Assembly: GCF_001447785.1 (NCBI RefSeq)
Contig: NW_015169777.1
Coordinates: forward strand, 1-64,000
Length of the DNA: 64,000 bases
Origin: Gekko japonicus
Taxonomy: Eukaryota
Reading direction: 5' to 3'
Shown: in pieces, positions 62,009-64,000 of the stretch
Layout: the number at the start of each line of letters is the position of its first letter
How positions within the stretch are numbered: the stretch's first letter is position 1
The notes under the pieces: generated by a model
Databases searched by the model: none
Seen by the model: only the letters and a program-made list of their open reading frames with translations
What the model was told of the DNA's origin: nothing
Made by a program: the position numbers and the translations under genes

Positions 62009-63863
62009 GACAGCAGAGAGAGCGGGGCCTCGCGCCGGACCCCGCGGCGCAGGGGAGTGGGTGGGGCTTCGCGTCTCTTTTTGAGCGGCCAAAACTCGTC
62101 ACTTGATTCTCCGCCCCCCTCTCCGGAGGGTTCTGCCACCATAGGAGGCGGTGGTTCTGCACGAGGTAGCGTCACGTCGGGGGCGTGGTCTGAAGGCACG
62201 TGATACAGCTGCCCGGCTGAGGCGGCATTTCAGAATGCCTGCTGGGACGAAGAGCGCTGTTGGTTGATCTGTGTGCGTTGTGTGAGGAAAAACCTCTGCA
62301 TGGGGGAATCTCCAGATAAAGCACAGCGCGGGGCCTGTACCCCGGCCCCAGACCTTTCCACGAAAAACTCCGAGTCGATGTGCTTCAGTGCTGCGCGGCA
62401 GGGGGAGCTAGAACTTTTGTCTGCCAGACAATCTTAGGATCTCCCCGCTATACTACACACAATGCCATACGATAATAATAAGTCCTGGATCCTCCACATA
62501 AACGCAGAAAAAATATAGGTACAGATAATTTGATTGTGTATGTGTGTATTTCAGGGGACCCCCTTGAAAAGCCAGGTTCACAGCTTAGGACTGCTACTTG
62601 ACACAACAGTCGCCTTAGAAAACCAGGTGGCTGCAGTGGTCTGGTGTGCTTTTGCTTAGTTTTGGCTGGTGCCATCAGCTGCCTGCATTCCTGGCTTAGT
62701 CAGATCTAGCTTTGCCTTTGTTACATCTAGACTGAACTATTGAAATATGCTCTACTTGGGGCTGCTCTTAAAGAGGTGATGAGCATTATTATATCATAGC
62801 CAACATCTTGGGAAATGGTGGCTATAGGAAAAACATTCCAAAATTGGAATGTCTACCCAAGAATATTTTAAAGCAATACTGTCCTGAAACATACACAAAC
62901 AATAAATTCTTTCTGCATATATATGTTTTTAAAGAGGTATATGATGGATCTAGGGCTATAAGGCTTGTAGAGCTCCACGGTGTGGTTTGAAGGCAGTTAA
63001 AACAGTGGTGGTTGTGTGAGAGGTGGCTTTTAACCATGCAGCTATCCTTTTAGACTGTGGACCTTTCCTAACCCGGGGAATGCATTCTTTCTCATGTTCA
63101 GTTAGTGTAGTTTTAAATTATTTCCAAGCATTCTTTATGGGTTTGACTCTCGTCAGCTTCCTTCTAACTAGTCTCATTTTAGTAAAGTTGCCTTTTTTGA
63201 AATTAAATGGCACTGTGTTGGAATGTAGGGATAATTTCCCACTGACATTAATCCTGAACTTAATAGCATTGTGGTAACTGCTCCCAATTTGATGCAACCT
63301 CTACCTCTTGCATTAGGTCTCATGCCCTGTTCAGAGCCAAGTCTGATCACTACCCTTTTGGTTGGCTCTGTGACCAACCGTTGCAGTTTATAGTCATTTA
63401 TTATTGAAATTCATTTCTGTAGCATGACTCTTCTGAAAGGTCACACAACTTCTACATGAAAAGTTGTCAGAATAGTTTTCATGTAATATTTTGCCAAAGC
63501 ATCCTTATCAAGCTGTTGAATGCAGGTTTTGACATTCTCCTCTAGAGGGAGGTAAAAGACCATATCTGCAGCTGCATTGCAGTCAGATCTTGCACAGACC
63601 TACTTCAACAGAGCCCATCTCAAAGACTGGGCATCCTTTCTAGGCATTGGGGTTGCCAAGAACTGGGGCTGAGGGGCCAAAATTCTAGAGGCCCAGATCA
63701 TCTAGGTGGCCCTATAGAGACTAGCAATTGTTGCATTTCTCCCAAATACCTTAAAATTTTTGTATCTTAATTTTTCTGGTGGGTTTTGTGTATGTGTGTG
63801 ATTGCCCTGCCTTTATTGGGAAGGGAGTCAGATCCCAGTTTTTACCATGGAGTAAGTGATGTT

Positions 63864-64000
63864 CTTGGTGTTTAGTCATGCCGGCCACATGACCACGGAA
63901 ACATCTTTGGACAGCGCTGGCTCTTTGGCTTTGAAACGGAGATGAGCACAGCAACCCTAGAGTTGGATTCGACTGGCTTTTGAGCAAGGGAACCTTTACC
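63864..64000 (+). mobile_element. 5'-truncated Sauria SINE
   Basis: Matches the 3' 135 bp of the other two copies. Confidence 0.9.

Noticed and set aside
62200-64000. MZT2 head-to-head with SMPD4, as in human
   Set aside because: No MZT2-like peptide was found in any frame within the window.

Overview
Vertebrate genomic DNA from a squamate reptile (Sauria SINEs are present; a gecko is likely but that is inference). Three host genes can be reconstructed exon by exon with consistent GT-AG boundaries and reading phase: the 3' part of MED15 (+, 11 exons, 2342-17995), a complete CCDC74 (-, 8 coding exons, 308 aa, 30279-19236) and a complete SMPD4 (-, 19 coding exons, 838 aa, 62008-33981; one intron is U12-type). 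CCDC74 intron 4 holds a full-length but mutated DIRS1-type tyrosine-recombinase retrotransposon (21810-27651) with ITRs, ICR, LAP2alpha-like gag, RT, RNase H, methyltransferase-like and YR domains. Its YR reading frame appears open across the whole pol region and is in frame with gag behind a single TGA-C. Other repeats are L1, L2 and CR1 fragments, Sauria and other tRNA SINEs, four copies of a 206-bp hAT MITE, and two solo LTRs with 5-bp TSDs. I see no clearly new biological system. The best leads are the DIRS dual-coding/readthrough layout, its possible interference with CCDC74 transcripts, and splicing-regulatory signals in MED15. Family assignments rest on remembered protein and repeat motifs, not on database searches.
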